Part shown: positions 55,400-64,000 of the stretch, one piece after another
How the letters are laid out: every line of letters starts with the position of its first letter
How positions within the stretch are numbered: the first letter of the stretch is position 1
NCBI GenBank assembly: GCA_963664085.2
Contig: CAXXLO010000002.1
Location: forward strand, 3,680,290 to 3,744,289
DNA length: 64,000 bases
Reading direction: 5' to 3'
From: Caldilineaceae bacterium
GTDB lineage: Bacteria; Chloroflexota; Anaerolineae; Caldilineales; Caldilineaceae
Translations under genes and position numbers: made by a program
Notes under the pieces: model-generated
The model's database searches: none
What the model saw: the letters and a program-made list of their open reading frames with translations, nothing else
What the model was told of the DNA's origin: nothing

Positions 55400-55474
55400 G
55401 CTTACAAGTATAGCACCGGGTCTGTAGAAGTGGTATACTTGAGACAGATTCGACAGGAGAGCAAGGCTTACGAA

Positions 55475-56374
55475 ATGGACACTGTTTTCGGAGGGATCGA
55501 GGCAGGAGGAACGAAGTTCGTCTGCGCTGTCGGAACCGGTCCCGATGACATCCGGGCCGAGATCCGCCTGCCGACCGAGTCGCCTGAAGTCACCCTGGGA
55601 AGGGTGATCGATTTCTTTCGCGGCCAGCAGGGGCAGCACAGGATAGCGGCCCTGGGCGTGGCCTCCTTTGGACCGGTAGACCCCGACCCCAACTCGCCAA
55701 CTTTCGGATACATTACCAATACGCCAAAACCGGGCTGGGCCAACACGCCTGTGGCGCCGGCGCTGAGGGAGGCGTTCGGCTTACCGATCGGTTTCGACAC
55801 GGACGTAAATGTCGCCGCCCTGGGCGAGCACACCTGGGGGGCGGCAAAGGGGGCGGATACCTTTGTGTATCTGACCATTGGGACGGGCATCGGCGGGGGC
55901 GGCATGGTGGACGGCAAACTGATGCATGGCCTGATCCACCCTGAAATGGGCCACATCGCAATACCGCACGACTGGGAACGCGACCCCTATGGCGGCTCCT
56001 GCCCGTTTCACGGCGACTGCTGGGAAGGGCTGGCCAACGGCCCGGCGCTAGAAGCCCGCTGGGGTCTGCCGGGCGAACAGCTTCCTCCCGATCATGAAGC
56101 CTGGCCGCTGGAGGCCCACTATCTGGCCCTAGGCGTGACGAGCATAATGATGATCATGTCACCACAGCTGGTGGTGATGGGAGGCGGCGTCATGGAGCAG
56201 ACGCACATCTTCCCTCTGATCCACGAGGAGGTGAAGTCCCAGTTGAATGGATACATCCAGAGCCCGACGGTGCTGGAAGGCATAGACAGCTACATCGTGC
56301 CGCCTGCGCTGGGCGGGCGCTCCGGCGTGCTGGGCGCGATAGCCCTGGCCCGGCGCGCCCAGCGGGACCACTGA
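55475..56374 (+). CDS. ROK family sugar kinase (fructokinase-like)
   Basis: I trimmed the start to ATG 55475 ([19 protein letters not shown]). It has IGTGIGGG and the Zn motif HPEMGH...[10 protein letters not shown]. Confidence 0.8.
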   Translation: MDTVFGGIEAGGTKFVCAVGTGPDDIRAEIRLPTESPEVTLGRVIDFFRGQQGQHRIAALGVASFGPVDPDPNSPTFGYITNTPKPGWANTPVAPALREAFGLPIGFDTDVNVAALGEHTWGAAKGADTFVYLTIGTGIGGGGMVDGKLMHGLIHPEMGHIAIPHDWERDPYGGSCPFHGDCWEGLANGPALEARWGLPGEQLPPDHEAWPLEAHYLALGVTSIMMIMSPQLVVMGGGVMEQTHIFPLIHEEVKSQLNGYIQSPTVLEGIDSYIVPPALGGRSGVLGAIALARRAQRDH

Positions 56375-56421
56375 GCAGCTGCGGAATCTTCCAGTCGATC
56401 ACGCTGAATTTCCTGCCCCGA

Positions 56422-57471
56422 ATGTCCGTCACTTTCGATCCCACTGAACATCCGCACAGGCGCCGCAATCTGCTTACGGGAGAGTGGGTTCTCGTCTCTC
56501 CTCACCGAATGAAGCGGCCGTGGCAGGGCCAAACAGAGTCGCCGCCTCCCCGTTCCCTACGTCAGTACGACCCTTCCTGCTATCTCTGCCCCGGCAACGA
56601 AAGGGCGGGAGGGCTGGTCAATCCGGCCTACACGCACACTTTTGTCTTTGAAAACGACTTTGCCGCGCTGCGCGCCGATACACCGGCCGGGACGTCGCAA
56701 AACGAGCGGTTCTTTCAGTCGCAGTCGGAGACGGGCGTTTGCCGGGTGATCTGCTTCAGCCCGCGGCATGATCTGACGCTGGCGCGCATGGCCCAGGCCG
56801 ACATCCGGCGCGTGGTGGATTTGTGGGCGGAACAGGTGGAGGAGCTGAGCCAGGACGAGAGGTTGGGCTACGTTCAACTATTCGAAAACCGGGGCGCCAT
56901 GATGGGCAGCTCGAACCCGCATCCACACGGGCAGGTCTGGGCGACCGGCGGCATGCCGACCGAGGCGGCCAAGGAGGACCGGGAGCAACGGGCCTATTTC
57001 GAACGCGAGGGCGCTCCGCTGCTGGTGGACTATCTCTGCGCCGAGCTGGCGGCGGAGGAGAGGGTTGTGGTGGAGAACGGCGACTGGGCGGCGGTGGTGC
57101 CCTATTGGGCGGTCTGGCCGTTTGAGACGCTTCTTCTGCCCCGGCGGCCATGCCGGCACATGGGGGAACTTGCCGTGGCGGAGCGGGACTCCCTGGCCGC
57201 CATTCTGAAACGCCTGCTAACCCTGTATGACAATCTCTTCGAGACCAGTTTTCCCTATTCGATGGGCTGGCACGGAATGCCGTCCAGCGGCGGCGACCAC
57301 GCCCACTGGCAACTGCACGCCCACTTCTACCCGCCGCTGCTGCGCTCGGCTACCGTCAGGAAGTTCATGGTCGGTTACGAAATGCTGGCCACCCCGCAGC
57401 GCGACCTCACCGCGGAGCAGGCTGCGGAGCGCCTGAGAGCCCAGAGCAACATCCATTACCTGGACCGCTGA
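56422..57471 (+). CDS. galT: Galactose-1-phosphate uridylyltransferase
   Basis: 349 aa with the Zn site [20 protein letters not shown] and the active site [10 protein letters not shown]. Confidence 0.9.
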   Translation: MSVTFDPTEHPHRRRNLLTGEWVLVSPHRMKRPWQGQTESPPPRSLRQYDPSCYLCPGNERAGGLVNPAYTHTFVFENDFAALRADTPAGTSQNERFFQSQSETGVCRVICFSPRHDLTLARMAQADIRRVVDLWAEQVEELSQDERLGYVQLFENRGAMMGSSNPHPHGQVWATGGMPTEAAKEDREQRAYFEREGAPLLVDYLCAELAAEERVVVENGDWAAVVPYWAVWPFETLLLPRRPCRHMGELAVAERDSLAAILKRLLTLYDNLFETSFPYSMGWHGMPSSGGDHAHWQLHAHFYPPLLRSATVRKFMVGYEMLATPQRDLTAEQAAERLRAQSNIHYLDR

Positions 57472-58034
57472 GATCCGCCGGCGCCGCTACGATAAGTCTC
57501 CCTGGCAGCCAGATAGGCATCTCCTCCGTAACAGTCATTCAGCACGAAGAGCGGAAAGTCTTCGACCTCCAGTTCTCGAATCGCCTCGCTCAACAGATCG
57601 GGATACGCAAGAAGGCGGCTGCGGCGAATCTGCCGGGCCAGGAGGGCGGAGGCCCCGCCGACGGCGCCAAAGTAGACCGCTCCGTGTGTTACGAGCGCCT
57701 GCTTTACTTCGTCTGATCTACTCCCTTTGCCGATGAGGCCGGCGACGCCGCGTTCCAGCAACGGCAGTGTATATGGGTCCATACGCCCGCTGGTTGTGGG
57801 CCCAGCAGGCCCAATGACGGCGCCCTGTTTGGCCGGGGCCGGCCCAACGTAGTAGATAACCTGGCCCGCCAAGGGCAGCGGCAACTCTTCGCCCCGTTTC
57901 ATCGCCTCGACGAGTCTCTTGTGGGCCGCGTCCCTCGCCGCGTAGACCGTACCCGTCATGAGGACCCGGTCGCCGGCCCGCAAGGATTTCAGCGCGGCCT
58001 CGTCAAGAGGCGCCCGGACAGTTGTGGCCATCAC
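57456..58034 (-). CDS. Fe-S hydro-lyase beta subunit (class I fumarate hydratase / tartrate dehydratase, C-terminal domain type)
   Basis: 192 aa with [25 protein letters not shown] and LIGKG. The 4-nt overlap with the alpha subunit gene indicates coupling. Confidence 0.85.
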   Translation of the reverse strand: MMATTVRAPLDEAALKSLRAGDRVLMTGTVYAARDAAHKRLVEAMKRGEELPLPLAGQVIYYVGPAPAKQGAVIGPAGPTTSGRMDPYTLPLLERGVAGLIGKGSRSDEVKQALVTHGAVYFGAVGGASALLARQIRRSRLLAYPDLLSEAIRELEVEDFPLFVLNDCYGGDAYLAARETYRSGAGGSQRSR

Positions 58035-58867
58035 AGCTCCAAAGTTGCCCGCCGCGGGGCGGAGCAGTTGAGGTTTACGGCAAGGGGCAGGGCGGCAATG
58101 TGCGTGGCCAGGAGTTCGACATGGACGGCCAGGGCAGTTACAACGCCCCCCAGCCCCTGCGGTCCGATTCCCAATCCGTTGAGCGCGTCGCGCAGCTGGC
58201 CCTCGAGCGCGGCCACATGCGGTTGCGGACTGACGCTGCCGACCGGTCGCAACAGCGCCTTCTTCGCGGCCATGCCGACGGTGTCCAGGGAGCCGCCGAT
58301 GCCGACGCCCACGATCAGAGGAGGACAGGCATTGGGGCCGGCCTGCTCGACCGTGTCGAGCACGAACTGTACAATGCCTTCTTCGCCGATTGCCGGAGGA
58401 AACATGCTGACCCGACTCATTAGCTCGGCTCCGAACCCCTTTTGCAGCGCGCTAATGCGGAGCCCGTCTCCTGCAACGATCTCCCAATGGATCAGAGCCG
58501 GCGTGTTGTCGCCGGAATTGACTCGCAGCAACGGGTCGCTTACCACCGATTTGCGCAGGTCGGCGTAGGCATCGCGGGTCGCATCCTGCAACGCCGCGCA
58601 GATCTCTCCGCCACTGAAATGCACGTCCTGGCCGACTTCGACAAACAGAATCGCCATTCCGGTATCCTGGCAGGTGGGGATCGTTTCGGCCTCGGCGTAG
58701 GCGGCATTCTCCAGCAGGAGCTCGATGACCTCCTGGCCCAGCGGGGAACGCTCCTGACGGCCGGCTGAGCGCATGGCCTCCAGATAGTCTTCAGGCAAGC
58801 TGTGCGCTGAGTGGCGCAGGAGTTCAGCGACGGCTTGTCTCACATCGCGGACGTCGATAGTTCTCAA
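58031..58867 (-). CDS. Fe-S hydro-lyase alpha subunit (class I fumarate hydratase / tartrate dehydratase, N-terminal domain type)
   Basis: 278 aa with PTCQDTGMAILFVEVGQDV and PPLIVGVGIGGS. Confidence 0.85.
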   Translation of the reverse strand: MRTIDVRDVRQAVAELLRHSAHSLPEDYLEAMRSAGRQERSPLGQEVIELLLENAAYAEAETIPTCQDTGMAILFVEVGQDVHFSGGEICAALQDATRDAYADLRKSVVSDPLLRVNSGDNTPALIHWEIVAGDGLRISALQKGFGAELMSRVSMFPPAIGEEGIVQFVLDTVEQAGPNACPPLIVGVGIGGSLDTVGMAAKKALLRPVGSVSPQPHVAALEGQLRDALNGLGIGPQGLGGVVTALAVHVELLATHIAALPLAVNLNCSAPRRATLEL

Positions 58868-58949
58868 GATCCCGGTCCCCTTCAGTTCGTTGGTATGTGC
58901 GTGAGTTCGTGGCAGCGGGCAAGAAGGTCATTTCCAGGCGTCTGACGGT

Positions 58950-61326
58950 TCAGTTCCCGCTTCCCGCTCTTGCCCTATAGGCAGAGGCCAAGGCGGCGAT
59001 GCGGAAATTCCCGGGCGCCAATTCCGCCGCCTTCTCCAATCCGGAGAGCACGGCCGGATCGTCCCGGTCGAGCAGAAAACGTCCCCAGGCCATCAGGGCG
59101 TGGACGTCGGCTCTCTCCGGCTGAACGATGAGGGCATTGTTGCCGTATTGGGTCAGGAGGTGGCCAATCGTGCGCTCGAAACCAAAGGCTGCGGAGCCGG
59201 CAGGGATCGGGGTATCACTGAACAAGGTTGAAGGGCCCATCGACCACAGGACCTCGAAGGAAAAGTCCCAGTCGCCGGCGAATACATGGCTCAGAAGCGG
59301 GAATGGGCTGGCGACGGCCAACTGGCGGCTCACTTCCAGATGGTGGCGTATCCAGAGAGCGTTCCAATGGATTGTCGGGTCAGAAGGCGCTGCGATTTCC
59401 GCCCGCTCGATTTCGTCGAGGGCGTCTGCGTAGAGTCCGGCCTCGGCGAGCGACAGGGCATGGCTGTTTATGGCGCGCAGATGGAGCGGCCTGTCATCCG
59501 GCAACAGCCTGGGGGCGGCTTCGACCAGTTTCTCGCCATCCCAATGGAAGAAGCGCGCCAAGTAGAGCTGCAGGCCACAGGCGTAACAGAAGATGTAGGG
59601 ATCGCTGTTGTTCAGCAACAGATCCGACTGGCCGTCGCCATTCAAGTCCACAACGGATCCGGCGTCCGGGATGCTGTTGAAGCTGCTGATGACGAGCGAA
59701 AGGGCCTGCCCGTCCCAGCGCAGGATTTCCAGACAGCCGCCATGCGCGCCGGCCCCACCCTGGACGGCCAGCCAGAGTCCGGCAGGTTCGATGGATACCT
59801 GTTTCAGGGAGTTTTCGTCGAGGTAGTCGACACAATCGAGTTCCACGCGTCCCAACTCCAGCCAGCCGCTCTGCCGAGGCTCATGGATTGAGACAATGTG
59901 CGAGGCGGACACACTCTGCGGCGGGAGCCCGAAAGTAGTGGCGGCAAACAGGGCCGCCTCACGTGATGATTCAAGTTGCTGCACAACCACACCGCGCGCC
60001 GGGTCCCGCTGCGATCCATATTCGCCGGCCAGCCTGTCCTGAAGCGCCTGTACACCGGGAAGGGGTGAGGGGGCAGGCGCGGCCGCAACCGTACCGGCCC
60101 GGGCCTCGAGGGCTTTCGCCAGTTCAGCGTAGCGGCGGTCTTCGGCCGCCAGTTCCGCGGCCAGCTGCATGCCCGACTGAACGGCGGGGTTGTCCGGCTC
60201 GATCAGGAAGCGTCCCCAAGCACCCAGGGCGTGAACGGCAGCCCGTTGGGGCTGGAGCGCCAAAGCGGTATCGGAGAACTGGGCCAGCAGCAGGCCCACG
60301 ACGTGTTCGAACCCCGACGCCGCAGAGCCGGCCGGTATCGGCGCGTCGCTGACAAGGGTGGTCAAGCCGAAATTCCACAAGGCATCAAATGCCGTTTCCC
60401 AGTCGCCCGCGAATACGTGGTTCAGCAGGGGGAAGGCGCTGGTTGAAGCCTCTTCGCGGCTGGCTTCAAGGTGGTGGCGGATCCAGACGGCGTTCCAGGC
60501 GACCGTGGCGTTTGCGGGAGCGATGGCCTGCGCCTGTTCGATCTGCTCCAAGGCGTCGGCGAAGAGGCTGGCGGCGGCCAACTCTGCGGCCCGATCGTTG
60601 AAAGCGCGCAGGTCTGCGGGCAGACCGGCGGCCAAGGGCGTTGGCGTTACTTCCTTTAGCGACTGCCCATCCCAATGGAAGAGCTGCGCCCAATACTGTC
60701 GAACGCCACAGGCGTAGCAGAAGATGTAGGGGTCGCTGTCGTTCAACAGCAGATCCAGCCGGCCGTCCCCATTGAGGTCGGTGAGCGAGCCGGCATCCGG
60801 ACTGCTGCTGAATCCGCTGATGGCGACCGAAAGGTTCTCGCCGTCCCAACGCAGCAGTTCAAGGCAGCCACTGTGGGCGCCGACGCCGCCGGCAACGGTA
60901 AACCACAGGTCGACAGGATCCAGGTTTACCTGTTCAAGTGAGGACTCATTCAGGTATTCGGCGCACTCAAGCTCCACGCGGCCCAGAGCCTTCCAGCCCT
61001 CCGGGCCTGCGGCGTGAATCCAAACTCTTTGTCTGAACAGTTGGATTGTCCGGGGGAAAGCCGTGCGTGTGGGAAACGAAGAGTGTTTCCTCACCGGCGG
61101 CGGTCGCGACCGGTTGCACGGTAACGAGCGGCCCCAAGTCCTGGACGAGGCCGCTCTCGGCGGCAAGCCGGTCGGCCAATTGTGCCAGGCCGGCGGCATC
61201 AGTAGACTGCGCCGAAGCGGTAGGCGCCGCCGAAACCGGCCACGTGACGGGCTGCGCACAGCCAGCGACCAGAAGGGTCAGCAAGAGCGTAAAAGAGAAT
61301 ACGCGCCGCAGGGGGGGTAGAGGCAT
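58950..61326 (-). CDS. Lipoprotein built from two ~370-aa tandem modules (FG-GAP/VCBS-like DLNGDG loop + helical repeat); frame disrupted near 61028..61030
   Basis: The signal/lipobox MPLPPLRRVFSFTLLLTLLVAGC is in frame A (61326..60967) and the rest is in frame B (..58950). The modules align (GRVELECAEYLNESSLEQV versus GRVELDCVDYLDENSLKQV; DPYIFCYACG occurs in both). Confidence 0.65.
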
Positions 61327-61490
61327 GGTATACTCCTAAGCTACTCCACGAGGCGATTTTGCCGCGCGCGCTGACTATAACACGGTTCCAGCACAGCACA
61401 AAGCGGCCCGCCGAGCGGAACAAGCGCCCTGGGCCCGGCGTCAAGAGTTTGGCGTAGGGCATCGAGATCGCAACACGGCCAGCCTGACTG

Positions 61491-62273
61491 ATGAAAAACG
61501 ACGAACTGATCGAGGCACTGCGTCTCAACTACATAGAGTACTTCAGGCTGTTTCACGGCCAGCACGGGACCCGCACTCACGTCGACCGGGAGACCGCCTG
61601 GATCGTCGCCAACGGGCCGCCCGGAAACCACATTCTGCGCTGCAATCTGCAGGCCGCGGAGGCAGAGGAAAAGATCGACGGACTCGTTTCCAGGATCAGG
61701 ACGCTCACGGGAGGCATCCGCTGGCTGGTCTTCCCTCAAGACCGGCCGAGGGACCTGCGCGCAAGGCTGAAGCAAAGAGGGCTGTCTACGGGGCGGGGCG
61801 ATCTCTGGATGTTCCGGCGGCTGCAGCAGGTTCCGGCCAAGAGGCATCATTCTCAACTTCGCATCAGTCCCGTTCGGGACAGGCCCGGACTGCGGACCTG
61901 GTGGACGGCTTCGGCCCTCGGCTTCGGCACGACGCAACGCGCCGCCCAGCCCTGGTACGATGCCTTCCGACGCCGCGGATTCGGCCCGAAGGTTCGCATA
62001 ACCAATTACACGGGGCATCTTGATCAGAAAGGGGTGACAACCGCCACCTTAATTCTGGCCGGCGGCATAGCGGGAATCTACGACCTATCGACGCTTCCGG
62101 ATCAGCGAGGGCAAGGCTTCGCCAGCGCGCTTGTAAACCATATGCTGGAGCAGGCCAGACAGCGCGGGTATTCCCATGCGGGCCTGCAGACAGGCGAGGC
62201 AGAGCAGTTCTACCAAAGTCTTGGTTTCAGGACAGGCTTTCAGGAGGAGGAGTTCTTCTGGGCGGCAGATTGA
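61491..62273 (+). CDS. GNAT family N-acetyltransferase
   Basis: 260 aa with the acetyl-CoA motif TLPDQRGQGFASALVNHMLEQA. Confidence 0.75.
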   Translation: MKNDELIEALRLNYIEYFRLFHGQHGTRTHVDRETAWIVANGPPGNHILRCNLQAAEAEEKIDGLVSRIRTLTGGIRWLVFPQDRPRDLRARLKQRGLSTGRGDLWMFRRLQQVPAKRHHSQLRISPVRDRPGLRTWWTASALGFGTTQRAAQPWYDAFRRRGFGPKVRITNYTGHLDQKGVTTATLILAGGIAGIYDLSTLPDQRGQGFASALVNHMLEQARQRGYSHAGLQTGEAEQFYQSLGFRTGFQEEEFFWAAD

Positions 62274-62389
62274 CCACAAAAGCAGCGATGAACGCGGGCG
62301 CAGAAAAGTGCGGACGAGCCGACAGTCTGATACACTGAGACCCACTGTGCCTACCGCCCCAAGCCGTGGGGCTTGAGGGGAGCAATGGA

Positions 62390-63817
62390 ATGAATGAACC
62401 GGCTACCGGCGCCGCGGCCGCAGGCCCGACGTCGCCGCCGCGCCCGTCCGCGCAAAAGCGGGTCTTCAAACTGGCCTGGCCCGTCATCGGCGAGAGCTTT
62501 CTCGAGACGTTGTTGATGGTGGTCGATACCTGGATGGTCGCCCAGTTGAGCACGGCGGCGATAGCAGGTATGGGCGCATCGGTGCAGGTACTGTTCTTTG
62601 TCATCGCCGCGTTGGGCGCACTGAGCGTCGGCAGCAGTGTCCTGGTGGCGCAGGCCTACGGCGCGGGGAGGCTTGTGGAGGCGGCGCGGCTGGCGCGTCA
62701 GTCGATAGTCTGGAGCGTAATTCTTTCGCTTCCGCTGGCACTCACCGGATATTTCCTGGCGGGGCCGGTGATCGGCCTGTTCGGCGTAGAGGCGGACGTG
62801 GCCCGCATCGGCAGGGAGTACCTGCAGGTCACGATGGCGACCGTGGTCGTGCTGATTGTACTCATGATCGGCGGGGGCGCGTTGCGGGGCCTGGGCGATT
62901 CGCAGACCCCAATGCGGGTGACGGCGCTGGCCAATTTCGTGAATGTTTTTCTGACGTACGGACTGATTTTCGGCGCGGCCGGGCTGCCGGCGCTGGGGGC
63001 GGTAGGCAGCGCCTGGGGAACCTTTCTCTCCCGCCTGCTGGCCGCAGTCCTGCTCCTGATCGTAATGTGGCGGGGACGACAGGGCGTCTCCATTTCCGGG
63101 CGCAGCAACTGGCTGCCGGAAATCGGCGCGGCCACCTCCGTGCTGCGTATAGGCGTACCCGCTGCCCTGGAGCAGCTTCTCACCTCCGCCGCCTTCACGT
63201 CGATGACGGCAATTGTCGCCACACTGGGAACTGCGGCCCTGGCCTCCCACCGCATCGCGTTCAACGTTCTCTCCCTGTCCTTTCTTCCCGGCTTTGGCTT
63301 CGCCATCGCCGCCACGGCCCTGGTTGGACAGTCTGTCGGGGCGCGCGAGCCGGAGGAGGGGGCGGAAGCTGCGGCCATCGCCACGCGGTGGGCGGTTGTC
63401 TGGATGGCGGCAATGGGCGTCGTCTCATATTTGCTGGCGGAGCCGATAATGCGGCTGTTCAGCCAGGAAGCCGCCGTCGTAGACGCCGGCGTCGCCGCGG
63501 TAAGGGTGGTGGCCCTGGCCCAGCCCTTCTGGGCGGTACTGTTTGTGCAGTCGGGGGCACTGCGCGGCATGGGCAATACAAGCTTTCCCCTGCGGGCAAA
63601 TACCGGGGGCCTCTGGTCTACGATGATAATCGCCTGGCTGGCGGTTAACTACCTGGACGGCGGCATCGCCCACGTATGGGGCGTTTTTCTCATTACTTCT
63701 CCCATCATGTCGATTGTTCTGTGGAGACGCTTCAGACGGGCCGTCGGGGAGTGGTCGGACGAGGAGAAGGGCAGATCCCCCCAATTCGGGCAGACAGAGG
63801 CGACCGTTTCACAGTAA
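62390..63817 (+). CDS. MATE family efflux transporter
   Basis: I trimmed the start to ATG 62390, which follows GAGGGGA. It has 12 predicted TM helices, LAWPVIGESFLETLLMVVDTWMVAQL and a duplicated 6-TM pattern. Confidence 0.85.
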   Translation: MNEPATGAAAAGPTSPPRPSAQKRVFKLAWPVIGESFLETLLMVVDTWMVAQLSTAAIAGMGASVQVLFFVIAALGALSVGSSVLVAQAYGAGRLVEAARLARQSIVWSVILSLPLALTGYFLAGPVIGLFGVEADVARIGREYLQVTMATVVVLIVLMIGGGALRGLGDSQTPMRVTALANFVNVFLTYGLIFGAAGLPALGAVGSAWGTFLSRLLAAVLLLIVMWRGRQGVSISGRSNWLPEIGAATSVLRIGVPAALEQLLTSAAFTSMTAIVATLGTAALASHRIAFNVLSLSFLPGFGFAIAATALVGQSVGAREPEEGAEAAAIATRWAVVWMAAMGVVSYLLAEPIMRLFSQEAAVVDAGVAAVRVVALAQPFWAVLFVQSGALRGMGNTSFPLRANTGGLWSTMIIAWLAVNYLDGGIAHVWGVFLITSPIMSIVLWRRFRRAVGEWSDEEKGRSPQFGQTEATVSQ

Positions 63818-63881
63818 ATCTCGCTCCGGGACGGAGGCGGCATACCCGGCCAAGCGGGCACTGACGGGCAGGAACTGACAG

Positions 63882-64000
63882 ATGAGCCAGGAGTATCCGA
63901 TACCGGCTGCGGATCACAGGGTCGACGAGAAGATTCGCCGCAGCCATTTCATAACAACGGTGGGGCCAGCCGCCACGGTCGAGGAAGCAAGGGCGTTCAT
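63882..64000 (+). CDS. YigZ/IMPACT family protein, N-terminal fragment (continues past the right edge)
   Basis: My translation from ATG 63882 reads MSQEYPIPAADHRVDEKIRRSHFITTVGPAATVEEARAF. This fits the YigZ N-terminal pattern (E..IK.S.F......V.....A..F). Confidence 0.55.
   Translation, partial: MSQEYPIPAADHRVDEKIRRSHFITTVGPAATVEEARAF

Noticed and set aside
54629-55474. Long N-terminal extensions given by the ORF track. Examples are 54629..55474 before the ROK kinase, 51772..51900 before the amidase, 51711..51929 before the sulfatase, 55400..55639 before the NUDIX fusion, 14373..14510, 16057..16194 and 43062..43205.
   Set aside because: The extensions overlap neighbouring genes or are low-complexity. 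Internal ATG/GTG codons with SD-like sequences coincide with the conserved N-termini of the families, so I trimmed the starts.

Overview
This is a 64-kb high-GC (roughly 60% by eye) bacterial chromosomal window with many GTG/TTG starts. Gene content hints at an aerobic heterotroph, possibly Chloroflexota-like, but that is only a guess.

Layout:
(i) 1-4.6 kb: the end of an Ssp-like DNA phosphorothioation operon on the minus strand (cysteine desulfurase, DUF4007, P-loop ATPase), a 141-bp MITE, and an HNH nuclease with a putative PT-DNA-reading N-domain.
(ii) 4.6-31.6 kb: a catabolic island. It holds paralogous beta-propeller (glycoside-hydrolase-like) proteins, several PhyH-type dioxygenases, an eight-gene minus-strand catabolic operon and a sugar ABC importer. 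It also holds a candidate UxxC selenoprotein with an in-frame TGA and an fdhF-like SECIS hairpin.
(iii) 31.6-42.8 kb: a mosaic defence island. It starts with an ABC-type ATPase + PIN-like pair. Next is a type III-like R-M whose mod is split by an intact IS5-family element and whose res carries one in-frame TAG. Between mod and res sits a low-GC three-gene cassette (TIR-like protein, ABC-type ATPase, small PD-(D/E)xK-like protein) that I cannot assign to any named system; this is my best candidate for an undescribed system. A second MITE copy closes the island.
(iv) 42.8-64 kb: another beta-propeller/PhyH pair, C-N hydrolase, D-aminoacylase, SH3 lipoprotein, sulfatase, amidase, NUDIX-epimerase fusion, fructokinase, galT, class I fumarate hydratase, an internally duplicated lipoprotein, GNAT, MATE and a YigZ start.

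I recognised no rRNA, tRNA or CRISPR array by eye. All domain calls rest on motif recognition from memory plus manual translation and alignment. No database search or numerical computation was run.
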